A DNA stretch of 64,000 nt from Eledone cirrhosa (GCA_964016885.1 OZ024745.1:26288001-26352000); one strand, 5' to 3'. Shown: positions 1-14,648, counted from the stretch's first letter. Notes: generated by a model not told the origin, from the sequence alone. A program made the numbers and translations.

Positions 1-33
1 TTAATCCGTTCTGATAATATATATATATATATA

Positions 34-241
<208 letters not shown>

Positions 242-244
242 ATA

Positions 245-425
245 ATAATTGTTTCTACTTTTGACACAAGGCCAGCAATTATCCCAGTGTATTACTGGTA
301 CTTTATTTTATCGAACCAGTAAGGATGAAAGGCAAAGTTAACCTCGGCGGGATTTGAACTCAGACCATAAAGGGCCGTAACTCTTTGCTACAAAGAATGG
401 CGTCCGACGCTCTACTGATACTGCC
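245..425 (-). mobile_element. tRNA-derived SINE (main ~185-bp family)
   Basis: Reverse complement of the consensus ...tggcagtatcggtagag (A box)...gagttcaaatcc (B box)...gcctttcatccttacggggtcgataaaataaagtaccag...agtagaaacaatta. Confidence 0.85.
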
Positions 426-1116
426 TATATATAGTAATAATAATGAATATATAAAATGCGATCAAGGCCAGCAATGCTTTATAGTGTCATCGATTCTAAG
501 CCTACCGAGGCAACACCCACAACGATTCAATCCGTACACTCATATTTTTTTCTCGCCTTTAATGTCCCATTCTCAAATTTTGTATTAAACACATCACTTA
601 TTCTTTTATCTCCAGAAACTGAACCTGCTTAGAATTATGTTTGTCCATCAGTCTCTCTTTCTCTCTCTATTTCTGACTGCTCCTTTCTCTAAAAGCAGCA
701 ATATATAAACGTTCGAATCACTTAACATTAACAGCGACCAATTTGATATGTGTACTGATATTATATATTTGATCAAGTCATGATAATGGCTCGTATTTCC
801 CCACATGTCCCCACATGCAGAATGACACGCGAGCTTGAAACTAAAATATTCCACTTAAGATATCTAAATAGAAGCCTTTATATTTTGGACATAGGGGTCT
901 AAACATGCGCCTATGACTCACACTTTCTTTTATATTCACAATTCATGAATACTTACTACCAACTTTCCCAGGAAACACTGATAACGTTGAAACAACATCA
1001 CAAACCTTTTGGTTCTCTATTTAACTTCGTAACTCCTAACTTTGCCTTTCATCCTTAACAACATCACAGACGCACATATATTATATATATCCATATATTA
1101 TATATATCGATTAATT

Positions 1117-1495
1117 GGTGGATTGGCAATGTCGGTAGAGGGTCGGACGCCACGCTTTGCAGCACAGAGTTACGGCCCTTTATGGTCTGAGTTCAAATCC
1201 CGCCGAGGTTAACTTTGCCTTTCATCCTTACAGGGTTGATAAAATAAAGTACCAGTAATACATTCATATTCATTGCGGTGGATTGGCAGTATCGGTGGTG
1301 CGTTGGACAACCTGTTTTATGACATAAAGTAGCTGATGTTTTCAATCTGAGTTCAAATCTTGCCAAGGTTTACCTTGCTTTTCATCTATACGAGGATGAT
1401 AAAATAAAGTACCAGTAATGCACTGGAGTCGATTTAATCGACTGGCCCCTTCCCCAAAATTGTTGCCCTTGTGCCTAAACCAGAAACCAGTATTT
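1117..1495 (+). mobile_element. Two adjacent SINE copies (1117-1262 3'-truncated; ~1274-1495 diverged)
   Basis: A box, B box (gagttcaaatc) and central gataaaataaagtaccagtaat in both. Confidence 0.8.
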
Positions 1496-1984
1496 ATTGA
1501 AGTGCTTTCAAACCGGGCTTTTCCGAATTGTATTTTTAAATATGATTTCATAAAAACCCTACAGGATACGGAGATGTGTTTAAAACATTTTAAAGCTTTT
1601 AGCTAGTGATTGATTCGTTACAGCCTCTTGTGGACATTTCAACCTTGAGGAGCCCACCCCTCTTCTGACCTGAACATATCCGATTTTTCTGAGTGAAAAA
1701 GAAATTGAGAGCGAGAGAGAGGGGGGGGGGGGCGGAATCGACCCCAGTAAAAGACTACTACTTTATCTATGACTCTTTCTCGACATCAAAATAATGAAAA
1801 ACAAAGTTGACCTCGGTTTGATTTGATATCAGAATGAGGTGAGCCAAATACCACGACACGTTCTGTTCGATTTTCTAACGAATATCCTGTCAGGATATCA
1901 ATGTTTTCTTCACCTCTGTGCCAGCACAAATAAACCATTTCTCTCTGCAGCACTGACTGTATTAGTTTAAATGGTATGGGTGTT

Positions 1985-2180
1985 GGTCCAACGATCATAA
2001 TGCCATGGGTTCGATCCCTGGGCTGGGTTGTGTTCTGGAGCAAAACACTTCATTTCACGTTGCTCCAGTATACTCAGCTGAAAACTAGTACCAGAAATAG
2101 CTGGGGGTGTAAATATGCGATAGACTGGTGTCCAGTACAGGAGAGATCCTTGTACTCTCAGTCGCGTAACGCAACATAAA
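1985..2180 (+). mobile_element. Second tRNA-SINE family (CORE-like central domain), diverged
   Basis: gggttcgatccc (B box) followed by ...gagcaaaacacttcatttcacgttgctccagtatactcagctg; similar copy at ~59515-59640. Confidence 0.55.
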
Positions 2181-2335
2181 TTACGGGAATCATGAGCCTC
2201 CTGTCTCGAGACAAACTTTTAATACTGACTACATCCATTCCAGTAACCTTGTCTTCGTTAATAATTTATGTAACTGCGAACAGTATTTCTGTGTTTACCA
2301 GGACGTATGTACACGTATGTACATTTATAGGCACG

Positions 2336-2390
<55 letters not shown>

Positions 2391-2392
2391 AC

Positions 2393-2469
<77 letters not shown>

Positions 2470-2679
2470 TACATATAAATATATATATATATATATATAT
2501 ACATATATGTTTGTGTGGGAGGGGGGTGTAGGTATGCGTGTGTGTGTCTGTGTGTGTATGCATTCGTTTTTCTCTATGTGTTATAGATATGTTTTGCATT
2601 TCTTGACCACTTAATTCATAACAACATCACAGACGCACATATATTATATATATCCATATATTATATATATCCATTATTT

Positions 2680-2868
2680 GGTGGATTGGCAATGTTGGTA
2701 GAGGGTCGGGCGCCATGCTTTGCAGCAAAGAGTTACGGCCCTTTATGGTCTGAGTTCAAATCCCGCCGAGTTTAACTTTGCCTTTCATCCTTACGGGGTT
2801 GATAAAATAAAGTACCAGTAATACACTGGGATAATTGCTGGCCTTGTGCCAAAAGTAGAAACAATTAT
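2680..2868 (+). mobile_element. tRNA-derived SINE (main family)
   Basis: Full-length match to the family consensus. Confidence 0.85.
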
Positions 2869-5800
2869 ATATATATCCAGAAAAATACAAACACATACGC
2901 ATAAAAATATCATGTGTGTGACCATGACCGAAAGAAAAATCTTAAAGTTTCATACCGGATTTAGATAGATTAAGTGTAACCATTGAAGTAACTAAGTATA
3001 TACGTGGGTACTTTGCAACACTTGAACAGTTCTTAAGATCCAGGATATCTTGAACTTTAACGCCCACTAGTTTAACGAATTTTTAGAGGTTCATATTCAA
3101 ATGTAAACATTTTACCGGTAATGTAAACTCATACAAAATTAATCGTGAGTTGATAATGTTTCTTGTATTTTTTATTAATCATTTTATTGAATTTGTGACA
3201 ACTTACAAATATATTTAGTTATCCTTTATGACACCAATGTCGGCCCAACAAGGCGAAAGTTTAAAGAAGTTCGCTTTATAATCATAAGATTACGGGCTGG
3301 TTCCCGTGACATCTCGATCATGTGTCATTTACTATGATAGCCTTCGGTTGATGCAAGTCTTGTCAGGGAAATAGAGTAGATGGAAACTTCTTTGAAGCTC
3401 CTTGGTTGTATTAAACATTTAAGTTCAAAATGCCAATCCTGTCACACAGTGTCGTGATGAATCGTTTTGAAAAGTATTTTAAAGGCACACGTGTCTGTGC
3501 GATGCTCAGCCACTAACACGTTAATTTCACGAGTATGATGTTCCAATTATCAAACAACTAGAACACTCATCGTCGAAATCAACGGGGATCCATGCTATAT
3601 TGTCAATGCACTTCCACTAATATTTATGACAATGAAAAAGTCATGAAGAATGCATCTTCATGATTTTCTTGTTATATTTGCTGTTTTTGTTTTTGTTATT
3701 CGTGTGTGTCAGACATGATTGAACGCCACTCAGATACTCAGAATTTCAGTTATACTTTCTCTTCGTTCTCATGAGAACGACTTTATATATTTCAATGTTT
3801 AGTAACTTATAAGCCGTGACACATTGTGGCAGTCTTTCATTCAATATCCAGTATTTTCTCCTATGTCTATAGGTTCACGCTGCAAGCGGACAAAAGGTTT
3901 ATAAGGAGGACTTAATCAAGATAATAGCAATTGCTGTTCCCTCACTTTCCGTTGGTGTTATGCAACTCATGACAGTAGTTGGGGATAGTCGGGTCTTTGA
4001 TACGACAGGTCGTGTGTTTGTGTACTTTATGTTTATGTTTGCTTGAACTGTTGTTTGTAGTATTACTTGTTTTTTTTGTTGTTACAGCTCACGTCTATCC
4101 AGATTTAGCTGGTCTCCTACTTGTTTACATCTCATAGGTAGTGATGGTTGTATCCATCAATTTCTTATATGAGAACTGAATGAATAAGTCCTTCAATTGT
4201 TTGCCATGTGAATTCCTCAGCGTAAAATTAAATATAAAAACACAATATGGTATGTTTAGTTCATTACAATAACGTTTCTCTTTGGTGTGTGTTAGTTAAC
4301 ACTTGCATTGAGACAATTGTAGCTTCGTTTATATAAATTATTTCGCAGATCCTGCAGCTGTAGTTAGACTGGAATGACCACGCGGTTTATGTTTGTTTTT
4401 ATTGCGTTAAGTCTTGTTTGCAAAATATTTTACTTAGAATAATTTGACATCTCCTTAAATCTAAAATCTTTTTTCGGGCTTATATTTCAATAGATTTTAT
4501 GCTAGATTTATCAAAACCTTAACTTTTATACATCTCTCTTTACAACAAACTTCACTCGTGTTCTGGCTATCACCTGCATCAGCTCGTATGACAAATAAGG
4601 CAGAGAAAGGGAGATATAAATGTTGTGAAATTTCGCTCCAACAACTATATTGTATATAATGCAGGATTTCCATAGGGATACAGTGTCGAAATCTGGAATG
4701 ATGTTTCGAAAGTCAGTATCCCATAACTTAGTCACAGCTATACGTTATTGGGTGAGACATTTAAATGTAACTGTCTACTACCTGATAACACAAAGTTAAT
4801 AAATAATCAGAGGTGGTCCTTTAAATAAATAGCGTAACTGGCAAATTCTACAGCAGATATTATTTTCCTAAATTCAAAATATTTTTTCGAGAAAATGTCA
4901 GACAATTTTATGTTAAGAGAAAAATAGTTGCAAGTTTTTGTTCCCTTTATCATTCCAGGGTGAAAACAGTTATAAACTTCTCACCTACTGCAAGAAAACT
5001 ACTTATGCTCTTTAATATTCACAAAGAAAACACTGTTAGAACATATCAGTATACTGCTATCGTTGCGTCTGATCATGAATACATACGCTCTCTACATACT
5101 GAAACTCATATTCTTAAAAATGAACGATTCAATATATGATCACTCAACGTGTTACAAAGAACAACGAAGTTTCCCTTAAAAGATATACTAGGTTCTTAAA
5201 TAAAAAAAAACAACACCATTACATTAGAAAATATATTTTCTGATATACCAACATATTGGGTGGTCATGGCTAGAACTACTTTGATTATAGTTCTATTGGT
5301 TAACAGCTGGCCTAAGTCTACATAAAACCACCATGAAGACGAGAATGAAGCAACTTTTTCTTTTCAATACTAAATTACAGGCCTTGAGTGGTGGGACCAA
5401 CACTTTACCTTCTTGACCGTCTCTTTTCTTTTGGACTAGTACAAACAACATAATAGAATTTCGTATGTGACTGATGTTGAGTTTTAAAGATTCCATTGAA
5501 ACACTGAGTCTGTTAACTGGAATTATTAATTATAAATATAAAAGAGCGATGGATTGAAAGAACCTTTAGTGCTTAGGATGCAATGCATTGCAGTATTTTA
5601 GTACAGTCCTGTATGTTCTACTTCCAAATCAAGCCGGTCAACTTTGCTTTTCATCCTTCCGAGGTCGATAAAATAACCTACCCGTAAATATTGAGGTCAG
5701 TATAATCGTTTTCCCAAACTCCTTGAAAATGCTTTTCATTGTGTCTCAATTAGAAACCATTAATTATAAACATGAGTTGCCATCACTTCTGTTCTTCCAA

Positions 5801-6014
5801 ATGACTTAACTTTAATTTTGCTATTCCAAGTATCACCCCCTCATCTTATTAAAAACATTAGAAGCATATCACATATTAAAGTTTTATAGTATTGCACTTG
5901 ATACCATAGTATTTTATAATCGGGGGAGAAGAGGGTTATGATTGAAGGAAGAATATAAGAACGAAAATAAACAGAGAGAAAACAAGAAGAATGATAAATA
6001 GAGAGATATACAGG

Positions 6015-6181
<167 letters not shown>

Positions 6182-6231
6182 GGATACAGGCATACATACA
6201 TTCACACACACACACACACACACCCACACAC

Positions 6232-6268
<37 letters not shown>

Positions 6269-6315
6269 TACAGGCATACACACACATATATATAGAGAGA
6301 AAGATAGATAGATAC

Positions 6316-6643
6316 TTCTTTTTTGAATTTGTTTTCCAAGTTGTCTTATCTGGTGCGTTGAAACATATATTGTTATACTTTGGGAGGGTCATGTTGCCAA
6401 TAAAAACACATGCCCCTGTTGGTTTTCACTTCAATTTATTATACATTTCCAGTTCGTTGGTTGGTTGGTTGGTTCGATACCCTGTTGGTTGTTTATATAT
6501 TGTCAAAGCTCTTTCGTCACACATTTTGTGACATCCTCAGTGACTGGGTCCCTCTTTTCTTCTGTCCTACACCATCTTATTTTTGAGATTGAAAACATGT
6601 GCGTGTGTTTTTATTGGCAGCATGACCCTCCCAAAGTATAACA
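6316..6643 (-). mobile_element. Non-autonomous PLE-related fold-back element
   Basis: Inverted ends 6371-6410 / 6604-6643 (gttatactttgggagggtcatg / catgaccctcccaaagtataac). The end sequence matches the PLE 3' end at 22724-22748. Internal hammerhead-like core. Confidence 0.7.
6502..6544 (-). ncRNA. Minimal type I hammerhead-like motif (degenerate cleavage triplet)
   Basis: Minus strand: gtca CTGAGGA t gtcaca aaatg tgtgac GAAA gagc TT tgac; stem I gtca/tgac, stem II 6 bp. Confidence 0.65.
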
Positions 6644-6686
<43 letters not shown>

Positions 6687-6712
6687 GATAGATAAAGAGA
6701 GAGAAAGAGAAA

Positions 6713-6774
<62 letters not shown>

Positions 6775-8524
6775 TAGATAGATAGAGTTTGAAAAAAAAA
6801 AATAGAAACTATAATATATTATTCATGTTCTGATCCACATTTGGATTAAATATTCTCCTTCAATTATTCAAGGCGTCTGCTAAAATGGTCTCAACAGCTT
6901 CTTATTTCAGACTGTTTTATTGTTTAGTTAATCCCTTTTATAGGGATGAAATTAAAATTTAGGCAAAACATTTGTGCCACTTTTTAAATATATATTAATG
7001 CTCTTTTTTTTTCCCTTGCCGTATCATCGTAATCAGTGAGGTGGAGGCTCCCCTGAGCAATATCATGAGTGTTTAGAAGTCTCAAGTTTATTATGTGACA
7101 CGCAGTTATTGAGGTGGTTGGGGATGAAACGATGGCAGATGTCTTGTCAAGTGGAAGAAACTACGGTGAGTGGCCGTTGAAGTTAACCGCTTAAGAACTT
7201 GTGCAGCCATATGAACTCATTCTTCAGACGATACAAGAATCTCGAATTAAATTTTCTTCTCTTTCCTTCCACTCCTTCCTCCTATATCTACCAGTATTCA
7301 TCCATCATCCCCTATAACTACCAATGCCAACGTCTGTCTACCCAACAACTAACATTACTATCAACAAACATCACTACCCGCATGAGGAATCGTAAATGAA
7401 AATATTTCTTCTCAATCTAGAGGAATTTTTTAAATATGGAAAAATTGTGTTTTGAAACTTTTCTGCGAGAATTTAAAAAGAATGAAAAGGAAAATAATAT
7501 ATTTTTAGCTCAATTTTTAACTTCTATTTATATTAACTTTTATTTTTTAATAGAATCGGAGTAAATTCAAATCCCTTTTCATTTCTGCACCTCTTTTGTT
7601 GAACCTGCTGCGCCAGAAACGTTCTTTGAATATTTTTTCCATCTTATTAATAATGAAGATTAGTTTATTACAGGTGTCGGCAACCCCCGGCCCGCAGGCC
7701 ACATCCGGCCCTCGAGTGATTTTTGTCCGGCCCGCCATCTTACACTGGACACTAATTATCTAATTAGTATCGAATACAGATATAGTAGTTCACTTCAAGG
7801 TTGTGCCGACCTGATGCCCATCACAAATCGCTGCTCATACCGTATATATTTACAGATACCTTTGTAACATTATTATATTTTCCATTTATTATTATTTCCT
7901 CTTATCCATCTTTTTCTGAGCTTTCCGCCAAGCATTATATCACCTGTATTATTATTTCCTGTGATTTCGTGTATGTGTTTTTGTTCCAGTTGGCTGGATG
8001 TATGCCTTTTTGTCAGCGACTGGAAGGTATACTACCTTACGGTTCGTATGACTCGCTTTTAAACCCATATTGTCATTCAATAAAATCACTCGTGAATTAT
8101 TGTCGTCTTCGTTTGCCTGACCTTACCTGTGCCACCCGGCACAAGGTAAAGCTGTCCTTGGAAAAATTACATCGTTCCCTCCTCCCCAGAGTATTTTCAT
8201 TTGAGTTTGTTGTCTGGTGGTATAACAACTATTCAGTAAGTATCTTTATTCGATAATAACGTTTATTTAATTATTTGTGATAAATTGTGTGAATTATTAT
8301 TATTAGAATTAGGCCAAAAGTGGTTTAAAAAAACAAATGGCAACCCTGATCTAACGTTAGAAACCAGGCTTTATATAATTTATTCACAATTATCATATTT
8401 TATCGCATTACTGTATTTGCATTTATATTTGTTTTCATTGTTTATTATTTCTTCATTCTGATTATTATACTTTTTGTTCTTTTTCCTTTCCATAAATCTT
8501 TTTTGTTTGAACAAAAACAAGCCC

Positions 8525-10400
8525 ATGGAAGCTAAGAAAAGAAAAGTGGATTTGGAATGCCGAACTTTTAACGATGGCTGGACACTTAGCTATTTGTTCA
8601 TTGAGCACTTCGGAAACCATTGCCGTGAAGAAAGTTTCAAATTTTAAACGGCGCTATAAACTCGTCATAATCATTACAACAGTTTTACTGGAAAAGAACG
8701 AGTAAACGAAGTTGCACGGCTGAGAAATAATTGTTTCTACTATTGGCAGAAGGCCAGCAATTACCCAGTGCGTGACTGGTACTTTATTTTATCGACCCCG
8801 TAAGGATGAAAGGCAAAGTTAACCTCGGCGGGATTTGAACTCAGAATCGCAAGGGCTGTAACTCTATGTTACTGCCAAGTAACAAAGCAATCATCCTTTT
8901 TCACTAGAAAAGTTGAAGAAAGTGACCGTAACACTCGTGCTAGCTACGAGGTGTCAAAACTAATTGCAGAAACGGTGAAACCTTTTACTGGTGGAAATTT
9001 CTTCAAAGAATTATTGTTGAAGGTAGCAGATGTTTGTCAAGAAAAAAGGGAATTATTTTCTGCGATCAGCTTATCGGCAAGAACAGTAACAAGGCGAATT
9101 GAAGAGCTGGCAGCAAATGTCAGAAGTGGCTTGGAGGGCATTTTAAATAATCTGGAGTATTATTCAATTGCTATCGATGAAACAACAGATATGAAGGATA
9201 CTTGTCAAGTTGCAGTGTTTGTGAGGGGTGTAACACCAACATTTTATATTGTGGAAGAATTTGTACAATTAATTCCTATGAAGGACACTAGCACTGGAGC
9301 AGATATTTTGGAAAGCATAATAAAATGGATTACCGAAATGAATCTGGATTTATCAAAGCTTTCTGGAGTAATCACAGATGGAGCACCAGCAATGGTTGGA
9401 GAGAAAAAGGGTTTGTTGCATTGCTCAAAAACGACATCGGTATTGATAAAAAACTAATCAAACTTCATGAAGCATTATGTGAAAAGTGACTGAATTTTAA
9501 GGACATCATGGCAGTGGTCGTGAAAACAGTGAATTTTATACTGTCAAGAGGACTAAATGACCGCCAGTTTCAAGAATTTCTGAAACAAATTGAAGCAGAG
9601 TATGGCGACCTTACATACTTTTCAAATGTTCGATGGCTTAGCCGCGGAAAACTGATAGAACGAGTATATGCATTGAGAGAAGAGATTTCTATGTTTTTAG
9701 AGAGCAAGCACCAAGATAATTCTTACTTTCAGGATCCACAGTGGGGTGTCAAGTTAGCTTTTTTCGTTGACAACACGACCCACATGAACACTTTGAATTT
9801 TGAGCTTCAAAGAAAGAACAAGGCTGTATTTGAGAATTTCGTCAAATTACTGCTTTTGAGAGAAAACTTCGACTGTGGGAATCACAACTTCAAAAAGTCA
9901 ACTACTCTCATTTCCCAAGTCTCCAAAATCACAAGAGAGATATAATACCAGACATCTTTGTGAGCTCTATTATGGACTTGAGAAGCGAGTTTTCCTCTCG
10001 TTTTGTTGACTTCCGGCAATATGGAACTCTATTTAAGTTATTTGGTACTCCTTACGAAACAGATGTGGAGCAAGTGGCAGAAGAATATCAGTTGGAGTTA
10101 ATTGACTTACAGTGCGACGAATCTCTGAAATCGAAATTTCAGTTCGAATCCACTGCTGACTTCTACAAGAAATATATATTGCCAAGCGGAAAATATAAAA
10201 ACATCTTGACTAATGCGAAACTGATGATATCATTATTTGGAAGTACATAAGCTTGTGAACAACTTTTTTCCAAAATGAAATATACTAAAAGTCATTTAAG
10301 AACAAGGTTGCGTGACAACCACTTGAATGATGTTTTGCTCCTGTCATCGACAAATATTTCACCTGATGTGGAGAAGTTATCGCACAATAAATCATTTACC
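8525..10400 (+). pseudogene. hAT transposase pseudogene (GTF2IRD2/SPIN/ZBED-like)
   Basis: ATG at 8525 (MEAKKRKVDLECRTFNDGW); motifs SLSARTVTRRI, SIAIDETTD, TDGAPAMVG, VRWLSRG, SLFGST*ACEQLFSKMK. Split by frameshifts, stops and a SINE. Confidence 0.9.
8727..8877 (-). mobile_element. SINE nested in the hAT transposase
   Basis: 5'-truncated main-family copy interrupting the reading frame. Confidence 0.85.
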
Positions 10401-10919
10401 ATTTCTAACTGTATTTCGTTTGTAGCAAGGAATTTGGTTTTTTTTTTGTTGATTTTGACAGTAGTTGTTTTTCTGTTATTCCTGCAGTAAAATAAGGGGC
10501 CTTGTTAAAATAAAATTATATTAAATTCCTTGTTTTGCTTTAAACCCCCAGAAAATTACATATTTAATAACATGGCCCTCCTCCATGACACTGCATAGCT
10601 GTTTGGCCCTCTCTCTCCAAAAGTTTGCCGACCCCTGGTTTAGTATTTCTAATTCTATTGCTTGTAATTTGTTAAATTTGTTGTTTAAGCCCAGATTACA
10701 TCTGACCCAGTAGATCTATTATGAAAGGCATTCCAGCCACCACCATTTAATATTTTCTTTTTCGAATAACATAGCTCGGACTACAAACACTGTGTTCATT
10801 TCTTTAAAATGGTAGGACGAAATTTGAATGAAAGCTAGCTGTCAGTTCTAGAAAATTCAGCAACCCTCTAGAGGTTCTTGTCTCTCTTCTGCTTTCTTGT
10901 TACTGTTGATGTTGACATA

Positions 10920-11108
10920 ATAATTGTTTCTACTTTTGGCACAAGGCCAGCAATTACACAGTACATTACTGGTACTTTATTTTATCGACCCCGTAAGGAT
11001 GAAAGGCAAAGTTAAACTCGGCGGGATTTGAACTCAGTTCGTAAAGGGATGTAACTGTGCTTCAAAGCATGGCGTCCGACCCTCTACCGATACTGCCAAT
11101 CCACCGCC
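10920..11108 (-). mobile_element. tRNA-derived SINE (main family)
   Basis: Full-length reverse-complement match. Confidence 0.85.
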
Positions 11109-13344
11109 GTTTTGTAATGAGACATAATAATACAACAGAAGCTATATTAATCAGCAAATTATTGACATATATATATCAAGAATTGTAATTTTTTATGTTT
11201 AATCAAAGAGGAAGCAGCAGCGGCTATGTCATTTTTCATGACCTCCGCGAGGGGGAGGGGAGCAAGATATCCTCACATTTAAGACGTGGTCTGAATTCGT
11301 GCAACAATGAGAAATCCACTAAGTTAACCCAAAATCCGCGTGGGGCTGTTAAAAAGGGTGATTAAGTATTTTCCAAAATATTTGAAAACTCTGAAATATT
11401 TTCCGAACATATAGCATGCGCTCACCGTGGTCCACCAAAACCCCCAAAATTGCGGCTTTATTGCCATGTTGCACTTCATCTACTCGAGTCCATCATACAG
11501 CGTTGTCTCCGTTTTGTCGTAGAGCACGTACCTTTGCTCTGACAACGCAGCTTTTGAGCTGTGCGATGAAGAATTTGTTGAAGATCAATTTCGTCGCAAT
11601 ATGTCGGTCGCGAGGCATTTCTTAAAAGACTCTTTTAAGTTTTCTGCTAAATCTATTTCTCTAATCTAATTTTCTCATGCGCCACTCTCTCCCTAATCCG
11701 CATCGAGTCTGCTCTAATACCTCTTTTCAAGGCAAACAACTATCTGTCATTGAAGATTGTCCCCGTTAACACTCGCTTCAGCAAAACGTTATATCAGTCC
11801 CTCTAAGCTTTGTATATCTAGAACGATGTTTTCCGCTTCCGGTAACCAAATCCATACCTACGAATCCTATTTAAGGCAATAGTACAGATCACAAATTTAC
11901 GGTCCATGTAGCTGGCTACTTTAAATTGTCGACAATCTACGCCATCACTATCTAATGACCTATACAATACTCTATCTAGATATGAACGAGATGACCCGGG
12001 CAAATTGTCCATGTCCACATTAGCACATTAAAAACATCCAGTGGTATGATAAGAGAAAATTTGCAAGGTTACTCCACCGTCTCTCCTATCGATTAGTTCC
12101 TTGTAATCCCACCGTACAACCAATATCTGTTGCCACTAGCATTAAAGAGTAGGACTTTCATAGAACATATTTTAGACACTTGAAGGGATCTAATAACTCC
12201 AGTCTTGTCGGCTACAAAACTTGAAGTATGACCCGCGCTGATAGACCTAGCTCCTGAACCCAGAAGATGGTTCGTATCGTAATATCTAGATATTTCTGAA
12301 TCTACACAGGGACTCTACCTCTTGGTCTCGATCGGTTTTGAAATGCATGCAGCTGGTAACCGTTGACGAAACCTCGCGCCCAGAAAATTCTGGACTAACT
12401 GATGACCACATGATTTAAATGCCTAAGGTAGTTGAGTATGTGTGTATGCTTCAACAGCGAGGCCCGGCCATTAGCATAAGCACTGCCTTCACTAAGTAAA
12501 TCCATGCTGGATAAAATCATACATTTCTATTCCTCTGAGTTCCTTTTGTTTTACAAGTTAGCTGAGAGATCTGAAATGGGGAAATATAAGTTTTATGATG
12601 GTTTGTTGGAGTTGGGGTATACTTTTGTTAATATTCATGAGGTCATTTTTGTTGCTTTTGTATGGGTGTTTTGGTGTTGTTAGTGTTGCTGCCATTGCTG
12701 CCGTTGCTATTGTTGCTGTTGTTATTGATTTCTGCTGTTGCTATGCAGCTGCAAGGGTTACTGTTGCAGAGAGTTAAGGTTGGTCGGAATGTTTTTCGTA
12801 CAACTTGTGTCTGTTTTTTGTAGGCAAAAAGTGTTAAAAGGGTTGTTGGCACAACATGGAAACGTCACATACTGCCCACTTCTGCTACGAACATTTATGT
12901 TCCATGCTGAAGATTTATAAGGTTGGGAAAGGATACCAGACCTTCTTGATCTGTTTGGATCAGGAGATTCATCCCTGGATTGAACAATATACTTTTCTCA
13001 CCTTTTTTTACCTCAATTCCTACCATGACAGACGCCACATATCGGCAAATATCAATTTCTTCTGTCACTTCGATTATTTTTATTCTTGCTGTGAACTTCT
13101 CAATGTAAGTTGGTATGAGTGTTAGTTCTCAATTTTTTTGCTTTGTCCTCTGCTTCTTGGTCTTAGATTCGTGGGAGAAAATTACCTCCGCCGTACCAAA
13201 TATTTTACCCGAGTGATGTAGAATTGATGCCACAAACTGTTCCCAAATTTATTTTCATTGATGTTGTTCTTGTTTTGACAGTTGTAGCTGGAGGTATACC
13301 TGGAAATGGGGATGTCCCTGCTACTTGTTGTGGTGGAGCATGAC

Positions 13345-13665
13345 AGGTACTTTATTTTAAAGTAAGGATAAAAGGCAAAGCTAACCTCGGCGGGATTTGA
13401 ACTCAGAAGGTAAAGGGCCGTAACACTATGCCGTGAAGCAGGATGTCCGATTAATAATAATAATATATTCTAACAGGCAAAAAAGCAACAATTTTGGGTT
13501 AAATGAACAGTCAATTAAATCCCTAGTACTTGACTAATGCATTATTTTATCACACCCGGGAATGTAAATGGCGAAGTTGAAATCGGTAGGATTTGAATTC
13601 AAAATGTTAAGACTTTGGTACCACAAGATATTGTGTTCAAAGCTCTACCGATTTTGCCAATCCAA
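13345..13665 (-). mobile_element. Two partial/diverged SINE copies
   Basis: ggcaaagctaacctcggcgggatttgaactcag at ~13375-13406, plus an older copy at ~13480-13665. Confidence 0.65.
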
Positions 13666-14496
13666 AGAAGAAGAAGCCGATAAGAACGCCTTCGTTTGGG
13701 TGTATTTTCTTTTTCTTTAAATTTTTCGTTTATCTTTTCTGTCATTTTTTTCTTCACGTTAACAAATCACTGAGCAATATCACTTTTACGTTGTTCTGAC
13801 GAAAAGTTGATGGTAAAAATGGTTTTGCCATCTTTAAAAGACAAACAAACCCCCCAAAAAATCTGCAAAAAGAGTAGTTTGAACGTAGACATATATTGAC
13901 AAGGAGTTTACTGTCTGTTTAACCAGGTTTTAGTAGAAGAAAAAAAAAACAAACCATAAATACAATAACGAATAAATATATAATATAAAAAAAACATTTA
14001 AATAAATAAAAAATATATATTCGTAAAAATATCAGAAAAAAGGATGAAAAATAAAGATAAAATGAAGTAAATTTTGATATGAAAAGGAAAAAAAGCAAGA
14101 AAGAAAATAGAGCAAGAAATGTAGAAAAAAATTAAAAAGAAGTGGAAAGAAAAACACGATGAGAGAAATTGAGATCGACTACGATTTAGTCACATCATGT
14201 TAGGAAAGTGCACAGTGAGATAGATGAAGTGCGCGTGCCATCAGACAGAGCGGAGCCCTTCATAGCGTATCACAAGACGGACGTTTAGTGAACAAATAAG
14301 CTTTAATAGAGGATCTTCGTATATTTATATAATTGTTGTTGTTTTTATATGTTTGTATTTTACCCTGCAATGTTTTAAAACTAAAATTGAAAATGTTAAA
14401 ATATCCTGACACCCTTCCTCCAAAAATAAAATAAGGCCACAAATACAAACACTAGTTTGTTTTATGCAGCTTGAAGTTTCAACGACCATATCAGAT

Positions 14497-14542
<46 letters not shown>

Positions 14543-14601
14543 ACATATATATATATATACATATAAATATATATATATACATATATATGTATATATATAT
14601 T

Positions 14602-14648
<47 letters not shown>

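Larger units (their letters stand above)
7671..10637 (+). mobile_element. hAT DNA transposon (Buster/Charlie/SPIN-like), full-length, decayed
   Basis: TIRs caggtgtcggcaac (7671) / gtttgccgacccctg (to 10637). 8-bp TSD gtttatta (7663-7670) / gtttagta (10638-10645) with central TA. Internal transposase remnants. Confidence 0.92.

Noticed and set aside
7801-8256. 151-aa ORF inside the hAT 5' region
   Set aside because: TTG start, no motif, located in the subterminal non-coding part of the transposon.
11230-13330. Higher-complexity stretch that might be an exon or old TE
   Set aside because: No recognisable motif in the ORF track or in the frames I tried; needs BLASTX.
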